Source: an uncultured Actinomycetota bacterium (GTDB lineage: Bacteria > Actinomycetota > Actinomycetes > Actinomycetales > Microbacteriaceae). From it: DNA of 64,000 nucleotides. A program made the position numbers and the translations under genes. Position 1 is the stretch's first letter, and every line of letters starts with the position of its first letter. The notes under the pieces were generated by a model. The model was not told the origin of the DNA, searched no databases, and was given only the letters and a program-made list of their open reading frames with translations. Shown here piece by piece: positions 1-12,372 of this stretch. Where the stretch lies: assembly GCA_963836825.1 (NCBI GenBank), contig CAWILI010000008.1, positions 80,235-144,234 of the forward strand, given 5' to 3'.

Positions 1-1
1 G

Positions 2-1196
<1,195 letters not shown>

Positions 1197-1255
1197 TCCG
1201 AGTCCCGGCCCGACCGGGTCCGACCCACCGTCCACCGTCCACCCAGGAGCACCGC

Positions 1256-2045
1256 ATGCGCATCGCAGACCAACCCGAGACGACGCAGGAGACCATCTCC
1301 GCCGAGATCGTCGAACGACATCGGGCCGAGACCGAGGCGGCTGCCGGTGGCTCGGTGCGCGACGCATCCGTTCCGCGACTTCGCACCGTACCGCTCGGCC
1401 GTGCTGCGGCATCCGACGCACGAACTCGTGCGCGCCGACCCCGAGGAGATCGAGCTCGTCTCGCCGGCGTTCGGGCACACCGATGTCGCGGCCGAAGAGG
1501 CCGACCTCACGATCCAGCACTCGGGCGAACCGCTCGGCGAGCGCATCATCGTGACCGGACGGGTGCTCGACGGCGACGGCCGTCCGGTGCGCAACCAGCT
1601 CATCGAGATCTGGCAGGCCAACGCCTCGGGCCGGTACGTGCACAAGCGCGACCAGCACCCCGCGCCCCTCGACCCGAACTTCACGGGTGTCGGCCGCGTG
1701 ATCACGGGCGACGACGGCTCGTACCGCCTCACCACGATCAAGCCCGGCCCGTACCCGTGGAAGAACCACCGCAACGCCTGGCGACCCGCGCACATCCACT
1801 TCTCGTTCTTCGGCACCGCGTTCACGCAGCGGCTCATCACGCAGATGTACTTCCCGGGCGACCCGCTCTTCGCGCTCGACCCGATCTACCAGTCGATCGT
1901 CGACCCCGCCGCACGCGAGCGGCTCGTGGCGGGCTACGACCATGACGTGAGCGAGCCCGAGTGGGCCCTCGGCTACCGATGGGACGTCGTGCTCACCGGC
2001 CCGAAGTCGACCTGGATGGAACCGGAGGACGCCGACCATGCCTGA
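1256..2045 (+). CDS. pcaH: Protocatechuate 3,4-dioxygenase beta subunit (indel near 1350)
   Basis: EIWQANASGRYVH, PLDPNFTG, TIKPGPYPWKNHRNAWRPAHIHFS and ITQMYFPGDPL motifs; AGGAG RBS before ATG 1256. Confidence 0.95.
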
Positions 2046-2688
2046 CCTGATGCCCCCGACCCCGCTGACGAGGCGTTCGACGCGACCGACCGGCCGGGCG
2101 CGCACGCACACGCCGGCGACCACGCGGGCCCGCTCGGCCAGACGCCGTCGCAGACCGTCGGCCCGTTCTTCGGGTACGCGCTGCCCTACGCCGGTGGCCC
2201 CGACGTGCGCGCGCCGTGGCAGCCCGACGCGATCCGGTTGCACGGGGTCGTGTACGACGGCGCGGGCGATCCGATCCCCGACGCCATCCTCGAGGTGTGG
2301 GGCGCGGATGCCGCGGGCCGGGCCTCCACCGAACGCGGCTCGTTCCAGCGCGACCAGCACGGGTTCACGGGGTTCGGTCGCGCGGCCGTCGACCGCGACG
2401 GGCACTACTCGTTCACGACCATCAAGCCCGGCGCCGCCCGCAGCGGTTCGGCGCCGTACCTGCTCGTGACGGTCTTCGCGCGCGGCGTGCTGCACCACCT
2501 CTTCACGCGCGCGTACTTCGACGACGAGTCCGAGGCGAACGCGACCGATCCCCTGCTCTCGAGCATCGATCCGGCGCGACGGTCGACGCTCGTCGCGGCA
2601 GTCCGATGCGCCCGCTTCGTACCGCTTCGACATCCGCCTGCAGGGTGACGATGAGACCGTGTTCCTCGACTTCGGCACCGAGGTCTGA
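2038..2688 (+). CDS. pcaG: Protocatechuate 3,4-dioxygenase alpha subunit (indels)
   Basis: QTPSQTVGPFFGYAL, VYDGAGDPIPDAILEVW, VTVFARGVLHHLFTRAYF and C-terminal FDIRLQGDDETVFLD across frames; overlaps pcaH stop. Confidence 0.92.
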
Positions 2689-2701
2689 GGAGGATGGTCG
2701 G

Positions 2702-3884
2702 ATGACGGACTGGGGACTCATCGATCCGGGGGCGACCGACCCGATCGGAACCGACGACGACGCCGTGCTCGACGCGCTGGTCGAGGTCGAGCAGGGCCTG
2801 CTGCGCTCGTGGGGCCGGGTGCTCGACGAACCGCTCGAGGCACAGGCACAGGCGCTCGACGCGACGGCGCTCGATCGGGCGACCCTTCGCGAGGGAGTCG
2901 TGCGCGACGGCGTCCCGGTCGTGGCGCTCGTGCCCATGCTGCGCGCACAGGTCGAGGCGAAGGGCCTGTCCGGCCGATCGACTGCACCTCGGCGCGACGA
3001 GCCAGGACGTCGTCGACACGGCGCTCGTGCTCGTGTCGCAGCGCGCGCTCGCCGCGGCACGCGCCTCCCTCGTTCGCACCGGCCGCTCGCTCGCATCACT
3101 CGCCGACGCCGAACGACACAGTGTGCGCATCGGCCGCTCGATCGCCCGCCACGGCGAGGCGAGCACCCTCGGCGTGCTGGCCGCCGGCTGGCTCGACGGG
3201 GTCGGCTCGGCGATCGAGGCGATCGATCGCACCGCCTTCCCGGTGCAGTTCGGCGGTGCCGTCGGCACCGGCACGGCAGCGGATGCCGCGGCCGGGAGCA
3301 CCTCTGGCGCCGATGACGTCCGCGCCGAGCTCGCCGACCTCCTCGGCCTCGCCGATCCCGGTCGCTCGTGGCACACCGAGCGCACGCCCGTGCTCGCCAT
3401 CGCATCGACCGCGGCCACGGTGGTCGCCGCGCTCGGACGCATCGCCGGCGACATCACCTTCCTCTCCCGCGAAGAGGTCGGCGAGGTGCGCCTCGCCGGC
3501 GGCGGCGGCTCATCGGCGATGCCGCACAAGCAGAACCCCGTCCCCGCCGTCGCCGTCACCGCGGCGGCGGTCGAGGCGCCCGCGCTGCTGCAGGTCATCG
3601 CGAGCGCCGCGATCGCCGGCGACGAGCGGTCGCCGGGTCGCTGGCACGCCGAGTGGTCTGCGCTGCGGCGACTGGCGCGCCTCGCGCGCTCGTCGGCGGA
3701 TGCCGCATCCCGCCTCGTGAGCGGCGCCGAGTTCGATCGCGACCGCGCGGCCGCGATCCTCACGCAGGCCGGTCCCGCGGGCGAGCGGCCCGACCGCGAC
3801 GTGCTCGTCGCGGCATCCGATCGCATCGTCGACGCCGCGCTCGCCCGCTTCACCCGACTCACCGACCCGGAGCCCCGATCATGA
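2702..3884 (+). CDS. pcaB: 3-carboxy-cis,cis-muconate cycloisomerase, short form (indel near 2980)
   Basis: [22 protein letters not shown] and the [13 protein letters not shown] fumarase/lyase signature; position in pca operon. Confidence 0.88.
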
Positions 3885-5150
3885 CCCGTCCTCGCCTGCT
3901 CGGCGCGTTCGCTCCCGGCACCGTGCCGGCCGCCGAGAACCCGCTCCTCGTGCTGCTCCCGTCGCTCGGCACGACGACCGCGCTGTGGGACGGTGTCGTC
4001 GCGCGAGCTGCGCGCCGACGCCGCGCACCGCGAACCTGCGGATCCTGCGCATCGACCTCCCCGGGCACGGCGCCTCGCCGGCCGCGACCGAGGCGTTCAC
4101 GATCGGCGACCTCGCCGACGCCGTGCTCGCCGTCGTCGACGAGGCGGGCGGCGGCGCGTTCCACGTGGCCGGCGTCTCGCTCGGCGGGGTGGTCGCGCTC
4201 GAGCTCGCGGTCACGCACCCCGACCGCGTTCGCAGCCTCGTCATGAGCTGCAGCGGTGCGCGCATCGGCACGCACGCGAGCTGGGCCGAGCGCGCGGCAT
4301 CCGTGCGGGCGAGTGGCACCGCGTCGCTGGTCACCGGCAGCGCCTCGCGCTGGTTCGCGCCCGGGTTCCTCGACCGCGCGGGCGGCGACCTCGGAGGTCG
4401 CACGCTCAAGACCCTGGTCGACATCGACGACGAGTCGTACGCGCTGTGCGCCGACGCGCTCGGCGCGTTCGATCGCACGGGCGACCTCGCGCGCGCTCGC
4501 CGTGCCGATGCTCGCGATCAGCGGCGAGCACGACACCGTGACGACCCCGGCCTCGATGCAGGACCTGGCCGACGACGTCCCCGGCGGGCGCCACGTGGCG
4601 CTCGACGGCGCCTCGCACCTCGCGGTGCTCGAAGAGCCCGCGGCCGCCGCCGAACTGATCGCCGAACACCTCGACCGCGCCCGGGGCGCTGCCGAGGCAG
4701 CCGGCGCCCACGACCGCGGCATGCGGGTGCGCCGCGAGGTGCTCGGCGACGCCCACGTCGACCGCGCCGTCGCCGCGACCACCGCCGAGACGGCCCCGTT
4801 CCAGGACTTCATCACCCGCTACGCATGGGGCGACATCTGGGCGCGACCCGAGCCTCAGCCGCCGCGAGCGGTCGATCGCCACGCTCGCCAGCCTCACCAC
4901 CGGCGGCCACGAGAACGAGATCGCGATGCACGTGCGCGCGGCGCAGCGCAACGGGCTCAGCCGCGCCGAGATCGCCGAGGTGCTGCTGCACACCGCGCTC
5001 TACGCGGGGCTGCCGGCGGCGAACGCCGCGCTCGCGATCGCGCGGGACGTGTTCGCCGAGGAACCCGCGCCGGGGCATCCGACACCGACCCGGCGCGAGA
5101 CATCCGATACCGCACCCGACCCCGCCGACGATGGAGACACCCATGGATAA
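3881..5150 (+). CDS. pcaL: Fused 3-oxoadipate enol-lactonase / 4-carboxymuconolactone decarboxylase (PcaD-PcaC; several indels)
   Basis: alpha/beta hydrolase part (DLPGHG, GVSLGG) runs into CMD part ([44 protein letters not shown]). Confidence 0.88.
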
Positions 5151-5956
5151 GACCTACGCGAGCGCCGCAGACGCGGTCGCCGATATTCCCGACGGGGCAT
5201 CCCTCGCCGTCGGCGGCTTCGGCCTGTCGGGCGTGCCGATCGTGCTGATCCGGGCGCTGCTCGCGCGCGGCACCAGCGGGCTCGAGATCGTGTCGAACAA
5301 CTGCGGTGTCGACGGCTGGGGGCTCGGCGAGCTGCTCGTCGGCGGGTCGCATCCGCAAGGTCATCGCGAGCTACATCGGCGAGAACAAGGAGTTCGCGCG
5401 CCAGTACCTCGCGGGCGAGGTCGAGGTCGAGCTCACGCCGCAGGGCACGCTCGCCGAGCGGCTGCGCGCGGGCGGCGTGGGCATTCCCGCGTTCTACACG
5501 GCGACCGGCGCGGGCACGGCGGTCTCCGAGGGCGGAATGCCGCTGCGCTACGCGTCCGACGGCACGGTGGCGCTCGCGAGCGACCCGAAGGAGCTGCGCC
5601 CGTTCAACGCCTTCGGCCGCTCTCGCGAGTACGTGCTCGAGCAGGCCATCCGCACCGACTACGGGCTCGTGCGCGCCGCGGTCGGCGACCGGCACGGCAA
5701 CCTGCGCTTCGAGAAGTCGACCCGCAACTTCAACCCGCTCGCCGGCATGGCCGGAAAGGTGACGATCGCCGAGGTCGACGAGCTCGTCGAACCCGGCGTG
5801 ATCGACCCCGACGACATCCACCTGCCCGGCATCTACGTCGACCGGGTCGTCGTGCTGAGCCCTGAAGAGTCGGCAGACCTGCCGATCGAGAAGGTGACCG
5901 TGCGGCCTCGGCCCGCGGCATCCGTCACCGCAACCGCCGCTGGAAAGGACGCCTGA
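5143..5956 (+). CDS. pcaI: 3-oxoadipate CoA-transferase subunit A (indel near 5345)
   Basis: [38 protein letters not shown] and [11 protein letters not shown] motifs. Confidence 0.9.
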
Positions 5957-6609
5957 TGCCGCTCACGCGCGACGAGATGGCGGCTCGCGCCGCCCGCGAA
6001 CTCGAAGACGGCACGTACGTGAACCTCGGCATCGGCCTGCCGACGCTGATCCCGAACCACCTGCCCGAGGGCATCGAGGTCGTGCTGCATTCCGAGAACG
6101 GCATACTCGGCGTCGGCCCGTACCCGTGGGAGGGCGAGGAGGACCCGAAGCTCATCAACGCCGGCAAGGAGACCGTCACGGTGCTGCCGGGATCGGCCTA
6201 CTTCGACTCGGCGGCGAGCTTCGGCATGATCCGCGGCGGCCGCATCACGACCGCGGTGCTCGGCGCGATGCAGGTGTCGTCGGGCGGCGACATCGCCAAC
6301 TGGGCCGTGCCGGGCAAGATGATCAAGGGCATGGGCGGAGCCATGGACCTCGTGAACGGCGCCGAGCGCGTCATCGTCGTCATGGAGCATGTCGCGAAGA
6401 ACGGTTCGGCGAAGCTCGTCGAGCAGTGCACGCTGCCGCTCACCGGCAAGGCGTGCGTCGACCGCATCATCACCGACCTGGCCGTCTTCGACGTCACCGC
6501 CGACGGATTCCACCTGCTCGAGCTGGCACCCGGCGTCACGATCGAGCAGGTGACGGATGCCACGGGCGCACCGTTCACCGTCGCCGACGAGATCGCCGTG
6601 GAGGCATGA
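5956..6609 (+). CDS. pcaJ: 3-oxoadipate CoA-transferase subunit B
   Basis: Intact 217-aa ORF with [14 protein letters not shown] active-site motif and GMGGAMDLV. Confidence 0.92.
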   Translation: MPLTRDEMAARAARELEDGTYVNLGIGLPTLIPNHLPEGIEVVLHSENGILGVGPYPWEGEEDPKLINAGKETVTVLPGSAYFDSAASFGMIRGGRITTAVLGAMQVSSGGDIANWAVPGKMIKGMGGAMDLVNGAERVIVVMEHVAKNGSAKLVEQCTLPLTGKACVDRIITDLAVFDVTADGFHLLELAPGVTIEQVTDATGAPFTVADEIAVEA

Positions 6610-7826
6610 TGGCCGAGCTTCGCGAGGTCGTCATCTGCGCGCCGCTGCGCACGCCCGGTCGGACGCATGGGCGGGGCGCTCGCCACCGTGTCGGCCCTCG
6701 AACTCGCGACGACCGTGCTGCGCGCGCTGCTCGAGCGTACGGGCGTCGACCCGGCCGCCATCGACGGCGTGATCGCCGCCCAGGGCTATCCGACGATGGA
6801 GGCGCCCGCGTTCGGCCGGGTCGCCGCGCTCGACGCCGGCTTCCCCGTCGAGACGACCGGGTACCAGCTCGACCGGCGCTGCGGATCGGGCCTGCAGGCG
6901 GTGCTCAACGCCGCGATGGAGGTGCAGACGGGTGTCTCCGAGGCCGTGGTGGCGCTCGGCGCCGAGTCGATGTCGAACGCGCCGCTGTACACGGTCGAGG
7001 GTCGCCGCGGGCGTGACCGGCGTCGGGCTCCTGCTGCACGACGCGCTGGCCCGGGGTCGCGAGACCGTCGGCGGCCGGCGGTTCCCGACGCCCGACGGCA
7101 ACGTGGGCTCGGCCGAGCTGCTGCGCGCCGACTACGGCATCTCGCGCGAGGCGCAGGACGCGTTCGCCCTGCAGTCGCACCAGCGGGCCGTCGCCGCGCA
7201 GGAGTCGGGCGCGTTCGACGCCGAGCTCGTGCCGGTCGAGGTGCCGGGCCGGCGCGGCAGCGTCGATCGTCGACCGCGACGAGCATCCCCGCGCCGACAC
7301 GACGCTCGAGGCGCTCGCCGGGCTGCGGGCGATCCTCGGCAAGCGCGATGCCGACGCGACCGTGACCGCCGGCAACTCGAGCGGCCAGAACGACGCGGCC
7401 GCCGCGTGCATCGTCACGACGCCGCAGCGGGCGGCCGAGCTCGGGCTCACGCCGATGCTGCGCCTGCGCTCGTGGGCGGTCGCGGGCAACGACCCGCTGC
7501 GCTTCGGCGTGGCCCCGGTGCCGGCGGCGAACCTCGCGCTCGAGCGCGCCGGTCTCGCGTTCGACGACCTCGACGTGATCGAGCTCAACGAGGCGTTCGC
7601 CGTGCAGGTGCTCGCCTGCCTCGCCGACTGGGGCCTCGACGCCGAGGACCCGCGGCTCAACCCGCGGGGGAGCGGCATCTCGCTCGGCCACCCGATCGGC
7701 GCCACCGGCGTGCGCATGCTCGCGACGCTCGCGCACGAGCTGCCCGCCCTCGACGGGTCGCTCGCGCTCGAGACGATGTGCATCGGCGGCGGCCAGGCGC
7801 TCGCGGCGGTGTTCGAGCGGGTCTGA
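6609..7826 (+). CDS. pcaF: Thiolase, probable beta-ketoadipyl-CoA thiolase (indels)
   Basis: DRRCGSGLQA, TAGNSSGQNDAAA, ELNEAFA, GISLGHPIGATG and CIGGGQ motifs; last gene of the pca operon. Confidence 0.85.
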
Positions 7827-7839
7827 GCGAATTGGCTCG

Positions 7840-8199
7840 TCAGCGTGCGCGCTCGGGCCCGCCGGTGCTGTCGATGCCGGTGACGGTCGTGAGCAGGAAG
7901 ACGGAGTCCTCGAGGGCGAGCACCGCATGGCGGGCGTGGGTGAGCACGTCGAGCCGCCCCGCGGTGACTTCGGTGGGCTCCTGCCCGGTCACGCGCACCC
8001 GGCCCGCCAGCACCTGGATGCTCGCCGCGGCCGGTGAGTTGTGCTCGGCGAGCTCGACCCCGGAACGCAGCGCGATGATCGACTGGCGCATGGGCCCGTC
8101 CCGGAGGATCAGTTCCGCGCTCCGGCCGTGCTCGTCCGCGAGCGCAGCAGCGAGGTGAGTGCGAGCGAGATCGGTGAGATCGGCCACGGTGTCCTCCAT
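7840..8199 (-). CDS. Small cupin-domain protein
   Basis: LAEHNSPAAASIQVLAGRV and HARHAVLALEDSVFLLT cupin pattern. Confidence 0.75.
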   Translation of the reverse strand: MEDTVADLTDLARTHLAAALADEHGRSAELILRDGPMRQSIIALRSGVELAEHNSPAAASIQVLAGRVRVTGQEPTEVTAGRLDVLTHARHAVLALEDSVFLLTTVTGIDSTGGPERAR

Positions 8200-8235
8200 C
8201 GGAAGTGGTGCCGTCCAGTATGCCAACCGGGCGTC

Positions 8236-8260
8236 ATCACCATCCGTGATCCGGCGCATC
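8236..8260 (+). promoter_or_regulatory. nod-box-like LysR site upstream of the SDR gene
   Basis: ATC-accatccgt-GAT-ccggcgc-ATC, i.e. ATC-N9-GAT-N7-ATC, ending about 60 bp before ATG 8319. Confidence 0.55.
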
Positions 8261-8318
8261 AGGTGCCCCACGAGGCGACACCATGGAAGCTCGGGTGTTC
8301 GCAGGGAAGGGGCCGCCG

Positions 8319-9085
8319 ATGGGGCCGCATGAGGGTCGCACGTTCGTGGTCACCGGCGCGGCATCCGGGATCGGGGCGGCGACGGCCGTGGCGCTCGCCG
8401 CCGCGGGCGCCCGCGTGATCGCCGCCGATCTGGCGTGGGTTGGCGCGGCTCCCGCCGGGCGGGGCGTCGAGCGCGTCGTTCTCGACGTGAGCGATCCGCG
8501 CGACTGGGTCGCCCTCGCCGAGCGGATCGAATCCGGGGCAGGGACGCTCGACGGCCTCGTCAACGCCGCCGGCATCACGCGGCGCGCTCGGCTCGACGAC
8601 GTGACACCCGACGACTTCCAGCAGGCGTTCGCCGTCAACTCGGTGGGCCCGGCGCTCGGCATCCAGGCACTGGCGCCGCTCATGGTCGACGGCGGCTCGA
8701 TCGTCAACGTCGGCTCCGCCGCCGGGGTCATGGCGCACTACGGCATCGCGTACGGCGCGAGCAAGTGGGCGCTTCGCGGCATCACGAAGACCGCGGCGAT
8801 GGAACTCGGCCCGAGGGGCATCCGGGTCAACCTCGTGAACCCGGGCTTCATCGACACGCCCATGACGCAGAGCGCGCCCGATGCCTTCCGCGCCGCGAAC
8901 CTCGACGCGACTCCGCTCGGGCGCACCGGCGGCCCCGCCGAGGTCGCGCCGTCATCGTGCATCTGCTGTCGCCGGATGCCGCGTACGTGACCGGTACCGA
9001 GATCGCCGTGGACGGCGGGCTCACCGGCCACGGCGGCGGCCTGCCGATCGCGCGATCGATGGGCTCGGCGCATCCACACGACTGA
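8319..9085 (+). CDS. SDR family oxidoreductase (indel near 8950)
   Basis: [31 protein letters not shown], then YVTGTEIAVDGG in a shifted frame. Confidence 0.9.
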
Positions 9086-9096
9086 TGGAGTCCATC
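9072..9096 (+). promoter_or_regulatory. nod-box-like LysR site upstream of the FAH-cyclase-monooxygenase operon
   Basis: ATC-cacacgact-GAT-ggagtcc-ATC (ATCCA-N7-GATG-N6-ATC), same geometry as the site at 8236. Confidence 0.62.
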
Positions 9097-9165
9097 AACG
9101 ATCGGCCCTTCACTGATACCTGCCGACGCGGTTGACTGGATGTCGCGCACCGCACCGAAGCGCGC

Positions 9166-10170
9166 GTGAATGGAGAACCACCCGTGACATCGTCGTCCGA
9201 CGGCCTGACCGCCCCCTTCGCCCTCGTCCGCTTCCGCGCGGGCGGCGCCGAGCCGGTGCTCGGACTCGTGGCCGACGGCCGGGTGCGTGAGATCGGCCCC
9301 GACGAGCTCGGTGCGCCCGACCTCAACGCGTTCCTCGCCGAGGCGCCTGCCTCGTGGGAGCGGCTGCGCGCCGTCGCCGAGCAGGCGGATGCCTCGTGGC
9401 GGCCGCTCGCCGACGTCACGCTCACTGCACCCGTCACGCCCCGCCAGGTGCTGCAGACCGGCGCGAACTACCGCACGCACGTCATCGACCTCGTCGCCGC
9501 CGGCCGGGCGAAGAACGACCCGCGCCCCATCGAGGAGCTGCGCGAATGGGCCGCCGACATGATGGATCGCCGCGCGCGCGAGGGCATCCCCTACTTCTTC
9601 ATCGGCCTGCCCGCCGCGGTCGTCGGCGACGACGTCGACCTCGTGCTGCCCTCGTACAGCGACCAGCACGACTGGGAGCTCGAACTCGCGATCGTGATCG
9701 GCAGGGAGGCGTTCCGCGTCGACCGCGAGCACGCGATGGAGCACGTCGCCGGCTACACGATCGTGAACGACGTCACCACGCGCGACCTCGTGTTCCGCGA
9801 GGACATGAAGGAGATCGGCACCGACTGGTACCGCGGCAAGAACGCTCCTGGCTTCCTGCCGACCGGCCCGTTCCTCGTGCCGGCGCCGTTCGTCGCGAAT
9901 CCGGGCGACCTGCACCTCGAGCTCACCCTCAACGGCGAGACGATGCAGGATGCCACGACCTCCGACCTGCTCTTCGACCTCCCCGCGCTCATCGCCGGCG
10001 CCTCGCAGAACATGCCGCTGCTGCCCGGCGACCTGCTGCTCACGGGCAGCCCCGCCGGCAACGGCATCGTGCACGGCCGGATGCTGCGCGACGGCGACGT
10101 GATGGTCGGCGCGATCGAGGGGCTCGGCGCCCAGACCGTGCGTGCCGTCGCCGAGGAGGGCGCGCGATGA
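9166..10170 (+). CDS. Fumarylacetoacetate hydrolase family protein (start may be GTG 9184)
   Basis: GANYRTH, HDWELELAIVIG, GYTIVNDVT, GKNAPGFLPTGP and PGDLLLTGSPAG motifs. Confidence 0.92.
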   Translation: MNGEPPVTSSSDGLTAPFALVRFRAGGAEPVLGLVADGRVREIGPDELGAPDLNAFLAEAPASWERLRAVAEQADASWRPLADVTLTAPVTPRQVLQTGANYRTHVIDLVAAGRAKNDPRPIEELREWAADMMDRRAREGIPYFFIGLPAAVVGDDVDLVLPSYSDQHDWELELAIVIGREAFRVDREHAMEHVAGYTIVNDVTTRDLVFREDMKEIGTDWYRGKNAPGFLPTGPFLVPAPFVANPGDLHLELTLNGETMQDATTSDLLFDLPALIAGASQNMPLLPGDLLLTGSPAGNGIVHGRMLRDGDVMVGAIEGLGAQTVRAVAEEGAR

Positions 10171-11209
10171 GCACGTCAGCCGAGGCGGGAACCCGCCGCA
10201 CGCCCACCGAGGACCCGGCCGAGCTCGACCGCACCGATCCCGAGCGGCCACATCGCCGAGGCCGCCGAGGCGTTCCGCAACTGGGGCCGCTGGGGCGACG
10301 ACGACGTGCTCGGCACGCTCAACTTCATCGGCGACGCCGAGCGGGCTCGCGCCGCGACCCTCGTTCGTCGCGGGACGAGCTTCTCGCTCTCTCAGCCGTT
10401 CGACATGAACGGTCCGCAGCAGGGCTGGCGCCGCCGCACCAACCCGGTGCACACCATGCTCGACACGGGCACGGATGCCGCGGCCGGCACGCAGGGCTTC
10501 CCGCACGGCATCGGCGGGGCCGACGACGTCATCGCCATGCCGCTGCAGTGCTCCACGCAGTGGGACGGCCTCGGCCACATCTTCGACCGCGGCATGGCGT
10601 GGAACGGCCGGCCGGCCGGCTCCGTCGTCACGAGCGACGGCGACCTCGTCACCGGCATCGAGCACGCGGCATCCGCCATCGTCGGCCGCGGCGTGCTGCT
10701 CGACGTCGGCCGATTCCTGCGCCCCGAGGCATCGCGATGACGGCCCGGCAGGCGAGCTGCCCGACGGCTACGCCATCACGACCGCCGAGCTCGAGGCCTG
10801 CATCGCCGCGCAGGGCGCGACGAGCGCCGTCGGCCGCGGCGACCTCGTGCTCGTGCGCACCGGCCGCTACGCCCGGGCGCTGCGCGAGGGCTGGAACGGC
10901 TACGCGGGCGGGCCGAGCGCGGGCCTGTCGTTCACGACCGCCGGCTGGCTGCACCGCACCGAGATCGCCGCGATCGCGACCGACACGTGGGGCTTCGAGG
11001 TGCGCCCGAACGAGTTCGACGAGGCCTTCCAGCCGCTGCACCAGGTCGTCATCCCGAACCTGGGCCTGACGATCGGCGAGATGTGGGACCTCGAGGCGCT
11101 CGCCGCCGACTGCGCCGCCGACGGCGTCTACGAGTTCCTGCTCGTCGCGCCGCCCCTGCCGATCACCGGGGCGGTCGGTTCGCCCGTCAACCCCATCGCC
11201 CTGAAGTAA
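10167..11209 (+). CDS. Cyclase (kynurenine formamidase-like metal hydrolase) family protein (indels)
   Basis: NWGRWGDDDVLGTLN, QCSTQWDGLGH, GRGVLLDV, GDLVLVRTG, GEMWDL and GAVGSPVNPIA. Confidence 0.92.
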
Positions 11210-11236
11210 GCCCGAACCCAACGAAGGGACCCCCCG

Positions 11237-12372
11237 ATGTCCGCTGTCTCCCGCGTCGCCATCGTCGGCTCCGGCGTCGCCGGCACCGCCGCCGCCATCC
11301 TGCTCGCCGAGGGAGGCGTCGACGTCGACGTCTTCGAGGTGAAGCCCGACCTCTCCGCCCTCGGCTCCGGCATCACCCTGCAGGGCAACGCCCTGCGCGT
11401 GTTCGACCGGCTCGGCGTGTGGGAGCAGGTGAAGGAGGCCGGCTACTCCTTCGACCAGACCGGCCTGCGCGCCCCCGGCCCCGACGCGCCGGTCATCGCG
11501 CAGATCCCGGACGCGCGAACGGGCGGCCCCGAGTACCCGGCGGTCGCGGGCATGTATCGCCCCGACCTCGCGCGGATCCTCGCCGACCGCGCCACCGAGC
11601 TCGGCGCCCGCATCCACTACGGCACCACGGTGACGGGCTTCACGCAGGACGCCGACGGCGTCGACGTGACGCTCTCGCGACGGGTCGACCGGTCGCTACG
11701 ACCTGCTCATCGGCGCCGACGGCCTGCACTCCGACATCCGGAAGCAGCTCGGCATCGAGGTCGAGCCCGAGCGCACCGGCATGGGCATCTGGCGCGCCTT
11801 CGTGCCGCGCCCGAAGGACGTCACGCAGACCGACCTCTACTACGGCGGCCCGGTCTACATCGCCGGGTACATGCCCGACGAGCGAGGAGATGATGTACGC
11901 CTTCCTCGTCGAGCCCGCCCAGGACCGGCACTGCTCTCGCCGGAGGAGGGCGTGCGAGGTGATGAAGGAGCTGTCGCAGGCGTACGGCGGCCCGTGGAAC
12001 GAGATCCGCGAGTCCCTCGACGACGCGTCGCGCGTGAACTACACGTGGTTCACCAAGCACGTCGTGCCCGACGCGTGGAACCGCGGCCGCGTCGTGATCA
12101 TCGGCGAGGCGGCGCACAGCTGCCCGCCCACCATCGCCCAGGGCGCCGCGCAGGCCGCCGAGGACGCGCTCGTGCTCTCCGAGCTGCTGCTCGCGCGCGA
12201 CGCGGTCGACCAGTCGCTGTGGGACGAGTTCCACGCGCGCCGCCTGCCGCGCGCGACCGAGGTCGTCGAGGCATCCGTGCAGCTCGGCCAGTGGCAGATC
12301 GACCACGTGCAGGACGCCGACGTGCCCGGCCTGATGCGCCGCATCGCGATGCTCGTGAGCCAGCCCGCATGA
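11237..12372 (+). CDS. FAD-dependent aromatic monooxygenase, FdeE-like (indels)
   Basis: AIVGSGVAG, GSGITLQGNALR, MYRPDLARIL, YDLLIGADGLHS and IIGEAAHSCPPTIAQGA group-A flavoprotein monooxygenase motifs. Confidence 0.88.
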
